Shown here: one piece after another, positions 38,610 to 48,173 of the stretch
How positions within the stretch are numbered: the stretch's first letter is position 1
Layout of the letters: each line of letters opens with the position of its first letter
IMG/VR virus record: IMGVR_UViG_3300033072_001097
Span: 1-64,000 of that record
Length of the DNA stretch: 64,000 nt
Source: a virus
Lineage: Duplodnaviria; Caudoviricetes
Reading direction: 5' to 3' (one strand)
Notes under the pieces: model-generated
The model's database searches: none
The model's input: the letters and a program-made list of their open reading frames with translations, nothing else
Told to the model about the DNA's origin: nothing
Program-made: the position numbers and the translations under genes

Positions 38610-39996
38610 AGGTCCTACCGAATTTGTTCATTTACATAACCATACCGTCTTCTCTGCTTTAGATGGTGTGGCGACGCCAGAACAATATGCTGAACAATGC
38701 TTCAGTCGTGGCTATCCGGCTATGAGTGCCACTGAACATGGGCATATGGCATCTGTCCCGGATATGTATTTGGCGTTCAAGAAGCACGGAATAAAGTATA
38801 TTCCAGGATGTGAAATCTATTTCAACGACTACGAACCACAACGCCAGGAATTGGTTGCTTCTGGTTTCAAAATTCGTTCTAAAGAGTGGCGTGAACAAAA
38901 TCCTGACTTGGCATATAGAATAGGTCGCAACAGGCATCTGACCATATTATGTAAGAATGAAATTGGTTTTCATAATTTGGTTCGCCTAACTACGCAGGCT
39001 TATGACACTGGTCTGTTTGGGATGGGGCGTGCCCAATATAATCGAATATGGTTTGATAAATTATGCGAGTTCCGCGAGGGCTTGATTGTTTTGTCGGGGT
39101 GCCTGAACGGACCGGTATCACACGAGCTGCGACATAAACAACTTACCGATCGTGAAGGTAAAGTTGTATTTGAGCGGAAAAAACGTGAGCGGGTAGATGC
39201 GGCTGTCGATTATATCAAGAAATTTCGTCAAGCCTTTGGTGAGGATTTTTATTTAGAAGTCCAAATGCCAGGCATCCCGGATGACCACAAAGTCTTTCAC
39301 CATCTGATAACTATTTCCGATATGTATAAGATTCCGGTGGTGTTGACCAATGACTCACATTATCTAAATCGGGAAGACTTTATATTACAAAAATTGATGA
39401 TGGCCACCGCTCAAGAAACTACTATCGATTCACCTGATTTGTTTCATGTAAACAGTGACGAGCAATTCATGAAATCCCGTGCGGAGTTGTGGGCGACTTT
39501 TCGAAATGGGGAATATTGTAATGGGGTGAGTGACAGCGTCTTTGAGCAGCTATGTGACAATTCATTAGTAATCGCTGACCGCTGTGAAAAATTTAGTGTC
39601 GATACTAGTCCTAAGATTCCGGAAATCAAAAATGCCGATGATGAGTTGCGCATGATTGTTGCGCAAGAATTGCATCGTCGAGGATTATATAAATGTGATC
39701 AACGATTCCTGATTGATGGTAAAGAGGTATCATACGTCCAACAAGCTAAAATTGAATTGCAACGCTTTATCGATAAGGGATTTGCCAGTTATTTCTTGAT
39801 TACTCGCGATTTGATTCAATATGGTAAGAAGAGAGGTTGGCCATTTAGCCCGCGTGGTAGTGCCGGTGGTTCACTAGTATGCTTTTTGTTGGGGATTCAT
39901 GTTTTAGATCCGTTGTTATGGGGTTTGTCGTTCGACCGTTTTCTGGCTTCTAGCAGAGGCGGATACATGCTCAATACTCGTATGCCGAATGAGTAA
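38578..39996 (+). CDS. dnaE: DNA polymerase III alpha, N-terminal part (PHP domain + start of palm)
   Basis: FVHLHNHTVFSALDG, TEHG, GCE, NDSHY, GFASYFLI, PRGSAGGSLV, FDRFL; ends before PDIDxD. Confidence 0.92.
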   Translation: MPEEFKPEEYKGPTEFVHLHNHTVFSALDGVATPEQYAEQCFSRGYPAMSATEHGHMASVPDMYLAFKKHGIKYIPGCEIYFNDYEPQRQELVASGFKIRSKEWREQNPDLAYRIGRNRHLTILCKNEIGFHNLVRLTTQAYDTGLFGMGRAQYNRIWFDKLCEFREGLIVLSGCLNGPVSHELRHKQLTDREGKVVFERKKRERVDAAVDYIKKFRQAFGEDFYLEVQMPGIPDDHKVFHHLITISDMYKIPVVLTNDSHYLNREDFILQKLMMATAQETTIDSPDLFHVNSDEQFMKSRAELWATFRNGEYCNGVSDSVFEQLCDNSLVIADRCEKFSVDTSPKIPEIKNADDELRMIVAQELHRRGLYKCDQRFLIDGKEVSYVQQAKIELQRFIDKGFASYFLITRDLIQYGKKRGWPFSPRGSAGGSLVCFLLGIHVLDPLLWGLSFDRFLASSRGGYMLNTRMPNE

Positions 39997-40002
39997 GGAA
40001 TT

Positions 40003-40485
40003 ATGGGATATTACACACTAGCCGAGACTTTAGCAGAATTGAAGCATTCTGTGTATACGCATGTCACACTCCAAGCTGGCCCGAGTCCACAATTATCAGC
40101 ATTTTTAGTAAAGCTCTTGGATACTACCGATGATCTGTGTGGTATTATCGATGGGAAGCAGGATAGAGAAGTAGCATTGAAACGCATCAACGAAGAATGT
40201 GCTTTGTTAGCTTTTCATGTCATTGAAGCTTTGGCGGTATGGTTACAGCGAGTGGTTGATGATCGTAAGGCTAAAGCACGATCGCGTGGTGAGAATTTTC
40301 CAGAGAATGTTCAACATTGTAGTGATGGCCTGATGGTGTTGGTTGGTAGAACGCGAAGTTTTCCCGACAAACTAGCTGCTAAGAATGCTGTGCTTCGTGG
40401 GATTGCTGAGGTCTTACGAGCATTGCAAACCTATACGAAGTCAACATATCCAGAAATACGCGATGTTAAGAATAATCTATTATGA
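40003..40485 (+). CDS. Hypothetical helical protein
   Basis: ORF between the dnaE parts; AAGGA RBS. Confidence 0.6.
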   Translation: MGYYTLAETLAELKHSVYTHVTLQAGPSPQLSAFLVKLLDTTDDLCGIIDGKQDREVALKRINEECALLAFHVIEALAVWLQRVVDDRKAKARSRGENFPENVQHCSDGLMVLVGRTRSFPDKLAAKNAVLRGIAEVLRALQTYTKSTYPEIRDVKNNLL

Positions 40486-40928
40486 TTGATGTCTATTGTG
40501 CAGTGTCTGCTGAGAATGTGGAGGAAATCACACAGCTGACTAGCTGTGGTATTTTGTTAATATTTCAAGATTCTCCTCATATTCGTTGTAGACTGATGGG
40601 ATATGGGCTGGGGGCATCGTCGCTAGAACTAGCAAATATCCAGGCGATGAGGTTGGCATTAGCGTCAGTAAACCCGGCTTACCGTCGATCCACCGTGCAT
40701 ATACATGTGGCCGATGAGAGTGTGCTTCAATTATTGGCGTCTCCTGAACCATCCGAGGCTGTTAGTGCGTTATTGTGCTGGTGTGAGTATTATACTGATT
40801 TGGGTTTTATAATCGAGTCTCCAAATAATGAAAACATGATGGTATGCCGTTCGTTGGCACGAGATATTTGTGCTACCCAACAAACATACGATTCTCGAAC
40901 TTTGGATCACCTACCATATGAACGGTAA
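40482..40928 (+). CDS. Degenerate RNase HI-fold protein
   Basis: Layout ELANIQAMRLAL...VHIHVADESV...NENMMVCRSLA resembles RNase HI, but the catalytic acids are not conserved. Confidence 0.45.
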   Translation: MIDVYCAVSAENVEEITQLTSCGILLIFQDSPHIRCRLMGYGLGASSLELANIQAMRLALASVNPAYRRSTVHIHVADESVLQLLASPEPSEAVSALLCWCEYYTDLGFIIESPNNENMMVCRSLARDICATQQTYDSRTLDHLPYER

Positions 40929-41325
40929 GATCGATTTTAAGGCTACAGCTTTCATTTTAGTTAAACCGCCTAGCCGAATTATTTCACAACATAAGCTGAA
41001 AAACGTAGCCGAATATCAAGATTTACTTGATAAGGCTATCGCTAGTAATTATTGCTTATATTCTGCACCGATTGTTAAACGCAACGGTACATATATTGCT
41101 ATACAGCCATGGCAGTTGCATATGGATACTATTCCGCGATTGGATGTCAATGAAGAAGAACCAATTACCGTGTCAGCGGAGCCGGATCAACTGTGTTGTC
41201 CATTCTGTGATAAGCCGGTCGCCAGTACACCCGGACGAACATTACATGTTAAAAGTAATCACGCTGATCGTTTTGAGGAATACCAACAGTGGCTGAAATC
41301 TCTTGGGAAGAAATCAAAAAAGTAG
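40918..41325 (+). CDS. C2H2 zinc-finger protein
   Basis: CPFCDKPVASTPGRTLHVKSNH. Confidence 0.6.
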   Translation: MNGKIDFKATAFILVKPPSRIISQHKLKNVAEYQDLLDKAIASNYCLYSAPIVKRNGTYIAIQPWQLHMDTIPRLDVNEEEPITVSAEPDQLCCPFCDKPVASTPGRTLHVKSNHADRFEEYQQWLKSLGKKSKK

Positions 41326-44024
41326 CAGCTACTGCTTTGCTGAAGCGGAAATGTCCGCCGCAATATACAGCTAGACTCAAATTCGAATTAAAAGAAATAG
41401 AGAAACAGGGTGCCATCACATATTGGCAAAACCTGTATAGTGACGGCAAGAAGTTCAAATCGAACCCTAGCTTTCTACTCCTACCATGGCTGTTGGGGAT
41501 GGTCCAAGAGGACCCGATTAAGACTCGCACTGTGCCTATGCTTAATTCTGTGCGGGCATCCACCGTTGCTGAATTCTTTAAAGAAAATGGATATATCCCT
41601 GTAGACTTAATTAAAGATCCTGATCAGCCCGACATCGATATTGATTGTCTACCAGAAGCCCGCGACCCGATTAAGGATTATGCTACCGAAAAATATGGGG
41701 CACATATTAAAGACGGATATGGGGCAGTTTGCAGTGTCGGGACTTGGCAGACGTATAAGTTTAGATCTGCTATTATCGACGTCAGTGCTGCTACTGGTTG
41801 GTTAGATAAACAAGAAGCATTGGCACTCACTACTACTCTTCCAGACAATGTGGACGAATTAAAAGACGGTGGCAAAGCCGCTTGTAAAGGCCGTATCATT
41901 GGAGCTGATACCGGCGAAGACGTCGAATGTGGCTTCATGCATGATGATATCAAATGCCCTAAATGCGGGTCTGTTGATACCGACGGTATCACCATAGGAA
42001 AGCTGCTGCAAGAACACGAAGCATTATCTGCATTCGCCCATAAGCATCCCAAGATTATCGAATATGCTGTGAAGCTGGTCGGGCGTGTTCGCAATATGGG
42101 TATGCATGCTGGTGCTCTCATTATTGCCGATCGCTCATTGTATGGGAATATACCGCTTGCTAAGAGTAATAAGAAGGGTTATTGGATTAGCATGTGGACG
42201 GAAGGCCGAAATACCCAGCTATCCAAATTTGGATATGTAAAATGGGATATTTTGGGTCTGAAAACGCTGAAGTATATCTTCGAATGTTGTAAATTGATTG
42301 AGCAGAATAGAGGTATTTCGTTCGGTAAGAACATGGATGGGTGGGACGATATTGACCCATCACAAAACCGCGCTGGTCATTTTTTTGACCGCCATGGCAA
42401 TAAACGATATATTGAACTGAACGACGAGTACGTCCTGAAATTAGCGAACGCACAAAAGACAGACGGTGTATTCCAATTCGATACCGATCTTGCTAAAAGC
42501 ATTTTGAAAAATGGTGTTCGCAATTTTGAAGATTTGATGCTCTTCAACGCTATGGGGCATCCAGGGCCGATGGCTTCTATACCAGAAGCGGTGGCCAATC
42601 GTGATGACCATCGCGGCGTCTGGAAGAATAAGTTACATCCTGATATCTATGAGGTGTTAAAGGACACCTATGGTGTCATCGTTTATCAAGAACAATTGCA
42701 AGCGATTTGGCAAATGGTGGCAGGATTTACGGCCCCTGAAGCTCAAGAAGCCCGGAAAGCGGTGGCGAAGAAGTGGACGCATAAGCTGAAACCGATTCGT
42801 GAGAAGTGGATGAAAGGTGCCGCCCGCGTCCTAGGCGAACGAGAAGCTGAACAGTGGTGGGCGAAAATGGAGACGTTTGGTCGGTACGCATTCAACCGTT
42901 CACACGCTGTCAGCTATTGCTTGGTAGCCCATCGTTGTTTGTGGTTGAAGGCTCATTTTGCCCCCGAATTTTGGGCGGCGGTAATGAGCGATTGCCATCC
43001 TGATAAATTGGTTCGTTATATGGGTGTGGCCCGTTCCGAGAATTGGGAGCCGACGGACATCACATATTGCGGGACGTTTCAACCGAGTGAACGTAGCAGA
43101 GGTGTAAAATTTGGTACAATCAATATAGAAAATCTCACTGCGAGTTTTACCGTTACAGGCGATGTGGTTAATCAAGGATTAATTGGTGTCAAGGGGCTTG
43201 GTGAAACAGCGGCGAGTGTATGGACTGGGCAGCGCAAATTTACTGGTCTAGATGCTCTGGTCGATTTGATGGGTAAGGATAAGACTGCCTTTGAGAGGTT
43301 TATCAAGTTAGGTGCCTTCAAAGAATTTCCAGGATATGAGAATTCCAAAGCTACGTGGGAATATTACCGCTATAAATATTGCACTGGGAAGGATATAACA
43401 GCTCTTAAGAAAGTAATTCGCCAACAGTTGTTAGAGGTAGATGGTTGGAATGAGGAAACCATCAAAGCTGAACGCGAACGGCAAGTTGAAGAATATCTCA
43501 AATCGTACCCCAATCGCCGCAAGATCCCTGCAAAATTGCAAAATTGGGCTCCTGTCCCAGACGACTCTGTCGCCAAAGTGATGGCTTTATTTCCGACAGA
43601 TTTCGAATTGCATGAAGTGTTACAATTTGAGAAAGAATATCTTGGATATTACTTGCATTCGCCATTGGACTTATATAATACTAGAGGTAATTGTACTATT
43701 GAAAACGCGAAATTAGCGTCTAAAAAGCACGGTGAAGCTGGTCTGGAGGGTGTGGTGGTGGATTTCCAGACAGCGGAATCTAAAAATAAAAACATCTATG
43801 GTCGATTGATTTTGAGCGATGGTATTCAAACGACCTTAGTGCTGATATTTGGGAAGCAGTTGCAAATGCAAAATTTGGAGCTGTTCAGACAAGGCACTGG
43901 TATCCAATTGATTGTAGAATATGATGAGATGCGGAATACCTTTAGTTTGGCACGTGGTGAAATTATAATTAAATTGTTGCCGAAAACCGATCAACACCAG
44001 CGTGCCGCTAAAGCAGATAAATAA
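41289..44024 (+). CDS. dnaE: DNA polymerase III alpha, catalytic C-terminal part
   Basis: PDIDID, GMHAGA, KWDILGL, GVFQF, VYQEQ, YAFNRSHA, EKEYLGYY, OB fold. Confidence 0.92.
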   Translation: MAEISWEEIKKVAATALLKRKCPPQYTARLKFELKEIEKQGAITYWQNLYSDGKKFKSNPSFLLLPWLLGMVQEDPIKTRTVPMLNSVRASTVAEFFKENGYIPVDLIKDPDQPDIDIDCLPEARDPIKDYATEKYGAHIKDGYGAVCSVGTWQTYKFRSAIIDVSAATGWLDKQEALALTTTLPDNVDELKDGGKAACKGRIIGADTGEDVECGFMHDDIKCPKCGSVDTDGITIGKLLQEHEALSAFAHKHPKIIEYAVKLVGRVRNMGMHAGALIIADRSLYGNIPLAKSNKKGYWISMWTEGRNTQLSKFGYVKWDILGLKTLKYIFECCKLIEQNRGISFGKNMDGWDDIDPSQNRAGHFFDRHGNKRYIELNDEYVLKLANAQKTDGVFQFDTDLAKSILKNGVRNFEDLMLFNAMGHPGPMASIPEAVANRDDHRGVWKNKLHPDIYEVLKDTYGVIVYQEQLQAIWQMVAGFTAPEAQEARKAVAKKWTHKLKPIREKWMKGAARVLGEREAEQWWAKMETFGRYAFNRSHAVSYCLVAHRCLWLKAHFAPEFWAAVMSDCHPDKLVRYMGVARSENWEPTDITYCGTFQPSERSRGVKFGTINIENLTASFTVTGDVVNQGLIGVKGLGETAASVWTGQRKFTGLDALVDLMGKDKTAFERFIKLGAFKEFPGYENSKATWEYYRYKYCTGKDITALKKVIRQQLLEVDGWNEETIKAERERQVEEYLKSYPNRRKIPAKLQNWAPVPDDSVAKVMALFPTDFELHEVLQFEKEYLGYYLHSPLDLYNTRGNCTIENAKLASKKHGEAGLEGVVVDFQTAESKNKNIYGRLILSDGIQTTLVLIFGKQLQMQNLELFRQGTGIQLIVEYDEMRNTFSLARGEIIIKLLPKTDQHQRAAKADK

Positions 44025-44583
44025 GTTTATGCAAACCAGCGACAAAAGCGGCATAATTTGTGACCTTTGTAGTATCTCCTTCAGAGATGATTTTATATAT
44101 TATTCTTTTGATTTTCGTCATGCTGTTGTCACAGATGGGCGAATACCTAGCTTAGATACTCTCAGGCATACTCATGTGACATGCTCGTTGGATATATGCA
44201 CTGCATGTTTCACAAATATTAGCCAGACTGTCGTGGAGAATTATAAGAAGATTATGTCTGGTACTAGAAGAGCGAGGCCACCACATATTTGTGAATTAAC
44301 CGGGTCAATGATGTCTGGTAATTATAATTATTATTATTGTGTTATCACGAAAGCGAATGTGCAACTGACTGGGCAACCGAATATTTGCACTAAGTGTCAA
44401 AAGAAGGCATATGAAGCGAGTGTTGTTTGTGGCTGTGGTAATAAGACTTTCATACGGCCAGCGTTAGTGAAAACCGACAACCGCTTTTTAGAATTCAGTC
44501 TGTCAGAACAAGCGTTTGTAAATCTCCGACGGAAAGCTGAAGAAGTCCGTAAATCAGCTGGTAGTTGGACAACAGAATCATGA
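44002..44583 (+). CDS. Cys-rich hypothetical protein
   Basis: Several CxxC pairs. Confidence 0.6.
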   Translation: MPLKQINKFMQTSDKSGIICDLCSISFRDDFIYYSFDFRHAVVTDGRIPSLDTLRHTHVTCSLDICTACFTNISQTVVENYKKIMSGTRRARPPHICELTGSMMSGNYNYYYCVITKANVQLTGQPNICTKCQKKAYEASVVCGCGNKTFIRPALVKTDNRFLEFSLSEQAFVNLRRKAEEVRKSAGSWTTES

Positions 44584-44590
44584 GGTTCTA

Positions 44591-45172
44591 ATGTATAACC
44601 CATATGACCTTATACCGATGGAAATAAATGGTGTTCCGACATATGGACGCCCCACAGAATTTGATTCTGAAATAACAGATTTCGAAAAAATGGAAAATGC
44701 TTTTGGCCATCCTGTTAAACCTAAGAAACTATCCACCACATGCCCAGGTTGTGGGCAGGGTTTGGAAGTGGAAGTTAAGCTGGCCGATCCACCGTTTTCT
44801 GTGATTACACATACTTGCCAATATTGCTCTCCGGAGGTCGAAGCACCTGCAGACCCGTTCAGCAATCCGCTCGAGACTGGGCGTATGGCTTTTCATGAGT
44901 TAGATCCTTTATTGCATAATCCTAATGCGCAGGTTGTTCCGCAATCGAAATCTGTAGCTGATAGGGTCGATATATCTAAGTTGGCATCTATTTCCGAGCT
45001 TCCAGAAGGCCCTCCCGAAAATTCACAACTAGTTGTGGATGAGAACTTGGTGCAAGCTCTCGAACTTAAGAAGAGCAAAGGGAAAAAGCGGAAGACCATC
45101 AAGAAGGTAGAACCAGCCGAAGGATTGGAAGAAGAACAATTTTTTGATGACGACCTGGCGGAACCAGAATGA
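44591..45172 (+). CDS. Hypothetical protein with Zn motif and acidic tail
   Basis: CPGC...CQYC. Confidence 0.6.
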   Translation: MYNPYDLIPMEINGVPTYGRPTEFDSEITDFEKMENAFGHPVKPKKLSTTCPGCGQGLEVEVKLADPPFSVITHTCQYCSPEVEAPADPFSNPLETGRMAFHELDPLLHNPNAQVVPQSKSVADRVDISKLASISELPEGPPENSQLVVDENLVQALELKKSKGKKRKTIKKVEPAEGLEEEQFFDDDLAEPE

Positions 45173-46116
45173 ATGTTATTTTCGGCTCCGGCGTAGTAGG
45201 ATTATTAGCACGAAAAATTTTGGGGCCTTCTTGGAAGGTGGTCCCATTTTATCGCAGCCGTTTCTTTTCTTTCAACCCAGCTTTAGATGATAATTTTATT
45301 ATTCGAGATGACCAGCTAGACCCATTTATTCATGATTTATACGGACAATCATTACCAATATATGTCTACAAACGTGCTTGGTCAATCGGTGGACAAATCA
45401 TCCCAGAATACAATTCTGGTTTGTGTAAAGACTGGCTTGCGAAGATATTTGGCGGAGAAATACCACCACAGAGTGAGGTATATCATGCAAACCGCATGAA
45501 CTTGTTTGTATATGATATTCGTGTCAATGGATTATATCAAAATCTAGTCAACGAATATTTGGACGACTTGAAAACTGAGGCCGCTAGAGGCGAAGTGACG
45601 GCTATAGGCGATCATTTCTTTGTGCGTGATGGTAAGCGTGAAGACTTCGACAATGCTGTTAGTACTATCCCATTAGATTCTCTTTGTAAACTAATGGGTG
45701 TCAATGTTTCTTTGCCATCCAAAACAGCCCATTACCTGCACATCGAGACAGATGTGTTGAATTTCGAGGGATATAATCAATTACTTGTTGTTGATGGTGT
45801 CTTTTCATTTTTCAAAGCGACAAACGTAGCAAGTAATAGATACCTGGTCTATTGCCATGAAGAAATACCGAATCCTGGTATCTATTTCATGGGTTTCTTG
45901 CCTAGATTTGATATTATTGATGGAACCTCGATAGAACATGCTATTCCTATGGGTTCTTGCCCCAAATTAGATAACGTGGAACGGATTGGTGTTTATTGCG
46001 TTGGTAGTTATGCTCAATGGGATTGGTGTATGGACGTAGGGAGTTGCATACTAAGACTACTAAAATACGCTCAACGTGAATTCAAGCCAGCTCCTATGAA
46101 GACCGTTTTGCCATGA
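45169..46116 (+). CDS. FAD/NAD-dependent oxidoreductase-like protein (UDP-galactopyranose mutase/amine oxidase fold)
   Basis: IFGSGVVGL, AVSTIPL, VGSYAQW...MD. Confidence 0.6.
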   Translation: MNVIFGSGVVGLLARKILGPSWKVVPFYRSRFFSFNPALDDNFIIRDDQLDPFIHDLYGQSLPIYVYKRAWSIGGQIIPEYNSGLCKDWLAKIFGGEIPPQSEVYHANRMNLFVYDIRVNGLYQNLVNEYLDDLKTEAARGEVTAIGDHFFVRDGKREDFDNAVSTIPLDSLCKLMGVNVSLPSKTAHYLHIETDVLNFEGYNQLLVVDGVFSFFKATNVASNRYLVYCHEEIPNPGIYFMGFLPRFDIIDGTSIEHAIPMGSCPKLDNVERIGVYCVGSYAQWDWCMDVGSCILRLLKYAQREFKPAPMKTVLP

Positions 46117-46925
46117 CGCAGTCGAAATATCAAGTATTTAAAGATCGTCTAAAGCATGTTGATATTCCCGACGTTGATTCCCATCCGTCGGCTCTAGAGT
46201 CATTCGATTGGTTCAATTTTGTGAGCACCGCTCCGTCGGAGGTATTTGTGCCAGATTTTATTAGTATTATTGACGTTGAAGGGAAAGAGACTGTCCGCGA
46301 ACGACATCTGCGAATGTTGCGACAATTATCAAGCACTTGTACGGCTTGTTCGATGTGTGAATTGGGTTTGAAGGGTGCAGAGAGAAATGGTTCTGTGCGT
46401 GACCCACATGTGCTCAGCAATAAGAATCCATCGCCGTTTTTCATAGTAGGTCAAAATCCGGGTTGGAACGAGTTGGAGAAGCGAGAGCCATTTGTAGGGG
46501 CGGCTGGGGCCAATTTTAATGAAGAGATCGCCAAGCATGGCGTTGATAGGGATTGGTTTTATATTTCCAATACTGTCCGTTGTTATACCCAAGACAATCA
46601 AAAGCCGACACAGCGGCATATGGATAGATGCGAGCCGTTTTTGCGGATGGAAATTGGCTTAATGAAGCCAAAATTAATCATTACTTTGGGTGCGGTTGCA
46701 TTCAATCAGCTATGCCCCGATGCTGATTACAGCACGTCTTTGAAGAAAATCACCAAAAGTGTGAAGTTCGACGTATCTGTCTTTGCTATATATCACCCAT
46801 CACCGCTCAATTTTCGCGACAGTAATCGCAGGGATGCATTCAACGAACAGATCCGAGTGATGTGTGGTTTAATAAAAGCTATTAGGGCTAAGACTCTTCC
46901 GACTCTTCCTGATCAGACTTGTTGA
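46113..46925 (+). CDS. udg: Uracil-DNA glycosylase family 4
   Basis: CSMCEL, VGQNPG, PFVGAAG, SNTVRC, CEPFL..EI, YHPS. Confidence 0.9.
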   Translation: MTQSKYQVFKDRLKHVDIPDVDSHPSALESFDWFNFVSTAPSEVFVPDFISIIDVEGKETVRERHLRMLRQLSSTCTACSMCELGLKGAERNGSVRDPHVLSNKNPSPFFIVGQNPGWNELEKREPFVGAAGANFNEEIAKHGVDRDWFYISNTVRCYTQDNQKPTQRHMDRCEPFLRMEIGLMKPKLIITLGAVAFNQLCPDADYSTSLKKITKSVKFDVSVFAIYHPSPLNFRDSNRRDAFNEQIRVMCGLIKAIRAKTLPTLPDQTC

Positions 46926-47322
46926 ATGGGATGAATACGTAGCACGGTTCACCACCAATCCTTTTGCGGACAATGGCGTATGGATTTCCTTTGTCTCGCA
47001 GTATTTTCTTCATGCGTAGAGTGAATGCAGATATATTTGGTATGGCGGTGAGGACAATGACGCCGATGTTATCGATAGAAACGCCTTGTTCACCGGCTTC
47101 TTCCAGTGCCTTATAAGCCTCCATCATGACATTGTTGACTTTATCGTCGGCTGCTTTAACTTCTTGTTTCTTTTGGTCTTTTAATGCCGCTGCTTTTTTA
47201 GCAACGGCTATGGCGGTTTCTAATTCTTTCTGGGCTTCCCCTACTAGCCCCACCACGTCTTCGTTGATCAAATCACTAATATTAAATCCAAGATCGATTT
47301 CAATGATAGATACTTTTGTCAT
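46888..47322 (-). CDS. Hypothetical protein (possible winged-helix C-terminus)
   Basis: Coherent ORF on the opposite strand. Confidence 0.55.
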   Translation of the reverse strand: MTKVSIIEIDLGFNISDLINEDVVGLVGEAQKELETAIAVAKKAAALKDQKKQEVKAADDKVNNVMMEAYKALEEAGEQGVSIDNIGVIVLTAIPNISAFTLRMKKILRDKGNPYAIVRKRIGGEPCYVFIPFNKSDQEESEES

Positions 47323-47348
47323 TGGTATACTTTCTGGAGGGTAGTTGA

Positions 47349-48164
47349 ATGTCGCAATGTATCTACTGCGGTAGTTCTAAAAATTTAAACACATCGTTGA
47401 CCATCACGCTGGATAATGGTAGTAAGCACACAGTTGATATTTGTGATGAGCACGCAGAGGACGCAAGCGTCAAAACTGCTAAGGCTGCGTTCTTGGAAAA
47501 GCAAGATAAGATTAAACAATTATTAGAGCAGGCCAAGGCGTTGGGTCTAAATGTATCCGAGACAAGCGGTGGTCTATTGATTGCCGAAACGACGACTCCA
47601 GAGAGCACATCACGATGGGGCGGTATAGAAAGATCGCCAGATGCAGATCTAATCCCAGAAGCGGTCGAGCAGCAAGTCCCAAAACCGCAACCGGCCATAG
47701 AGATGGAAGACGGATTTGTATCGACAGAATTTGTAGACAGACAACGGAATATCACCAGCGTTGGTGGTAATACTATATCTGGTAGTGTCCAATCGTATTC
47801 TAGTTATGACACGTCTGATGTTAGAGCCAAATTGCCTGAAAATGCCCTCAAAGGAAAAGTGAAGATGGGTATTGTGGAAGGCCGCGAAGGCCAACCATTG
47901 GCTTTGCCACAGCAGCGAGTAGATGGCACTGGTACAACGCGGATCAATATTTCTAAAGCCGAAGACGATAGAAAGTTGCAAGAGCGTTTCAAAAAGATGG
48001 CCCAAAGCTCTATGCAAGACCAAGCTCCGGACTTTGCACGATCTGGGTACCAAAATAGCACCGCCACCTGTCCTATATGTCGTGGGGATGGGGCCGTAAA
48101 AATGGGCAAAAATATGCAATCATGCCCTAAGTGTAGTGGTAGCGGGATTATATCGATTCTTTAG
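47349..48164 (+). CDS. Hypothetical protein with DnaJ-type Zn finger at the C-terminus
   Basis: CIYC..CDEH; CPICRGDG...CPKCSGSG. Confidence 0.65.
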   Translation: MSQCIYCGSSKNLNTSLTITLDNGSKHTVDICDEHAEDASVKTAKAAFLEKQDKIKQLLEQAKALGLNVSETSGGLLIAETTTPESTSRWGGIERSPDADLIPEAVEQQVPKPQPAIEMEDGFVSTEFVDRQRNITSVGGNTISGSVQSYSSYDTSDVRAKLPENALKGKVKMGIVEGREGQPLALPQQRVDGTGTTRINISKAEDDRKLQERFKKMAQSSMQDQAPDFARSGYQNSTATCPICRGDGAVKMGKNMQSCPKCSGSGIISIL

Positions 48165-48173
48165 GAGTCAGCA

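Noticed and set aside
39900-41400. Split intein or group I intron joining the dnaE halves
   Set aside because: No intein N- or C-terminal motifs, the gap is filled with ordinary ORFs, and the halves overlap in homology rather than abutting.
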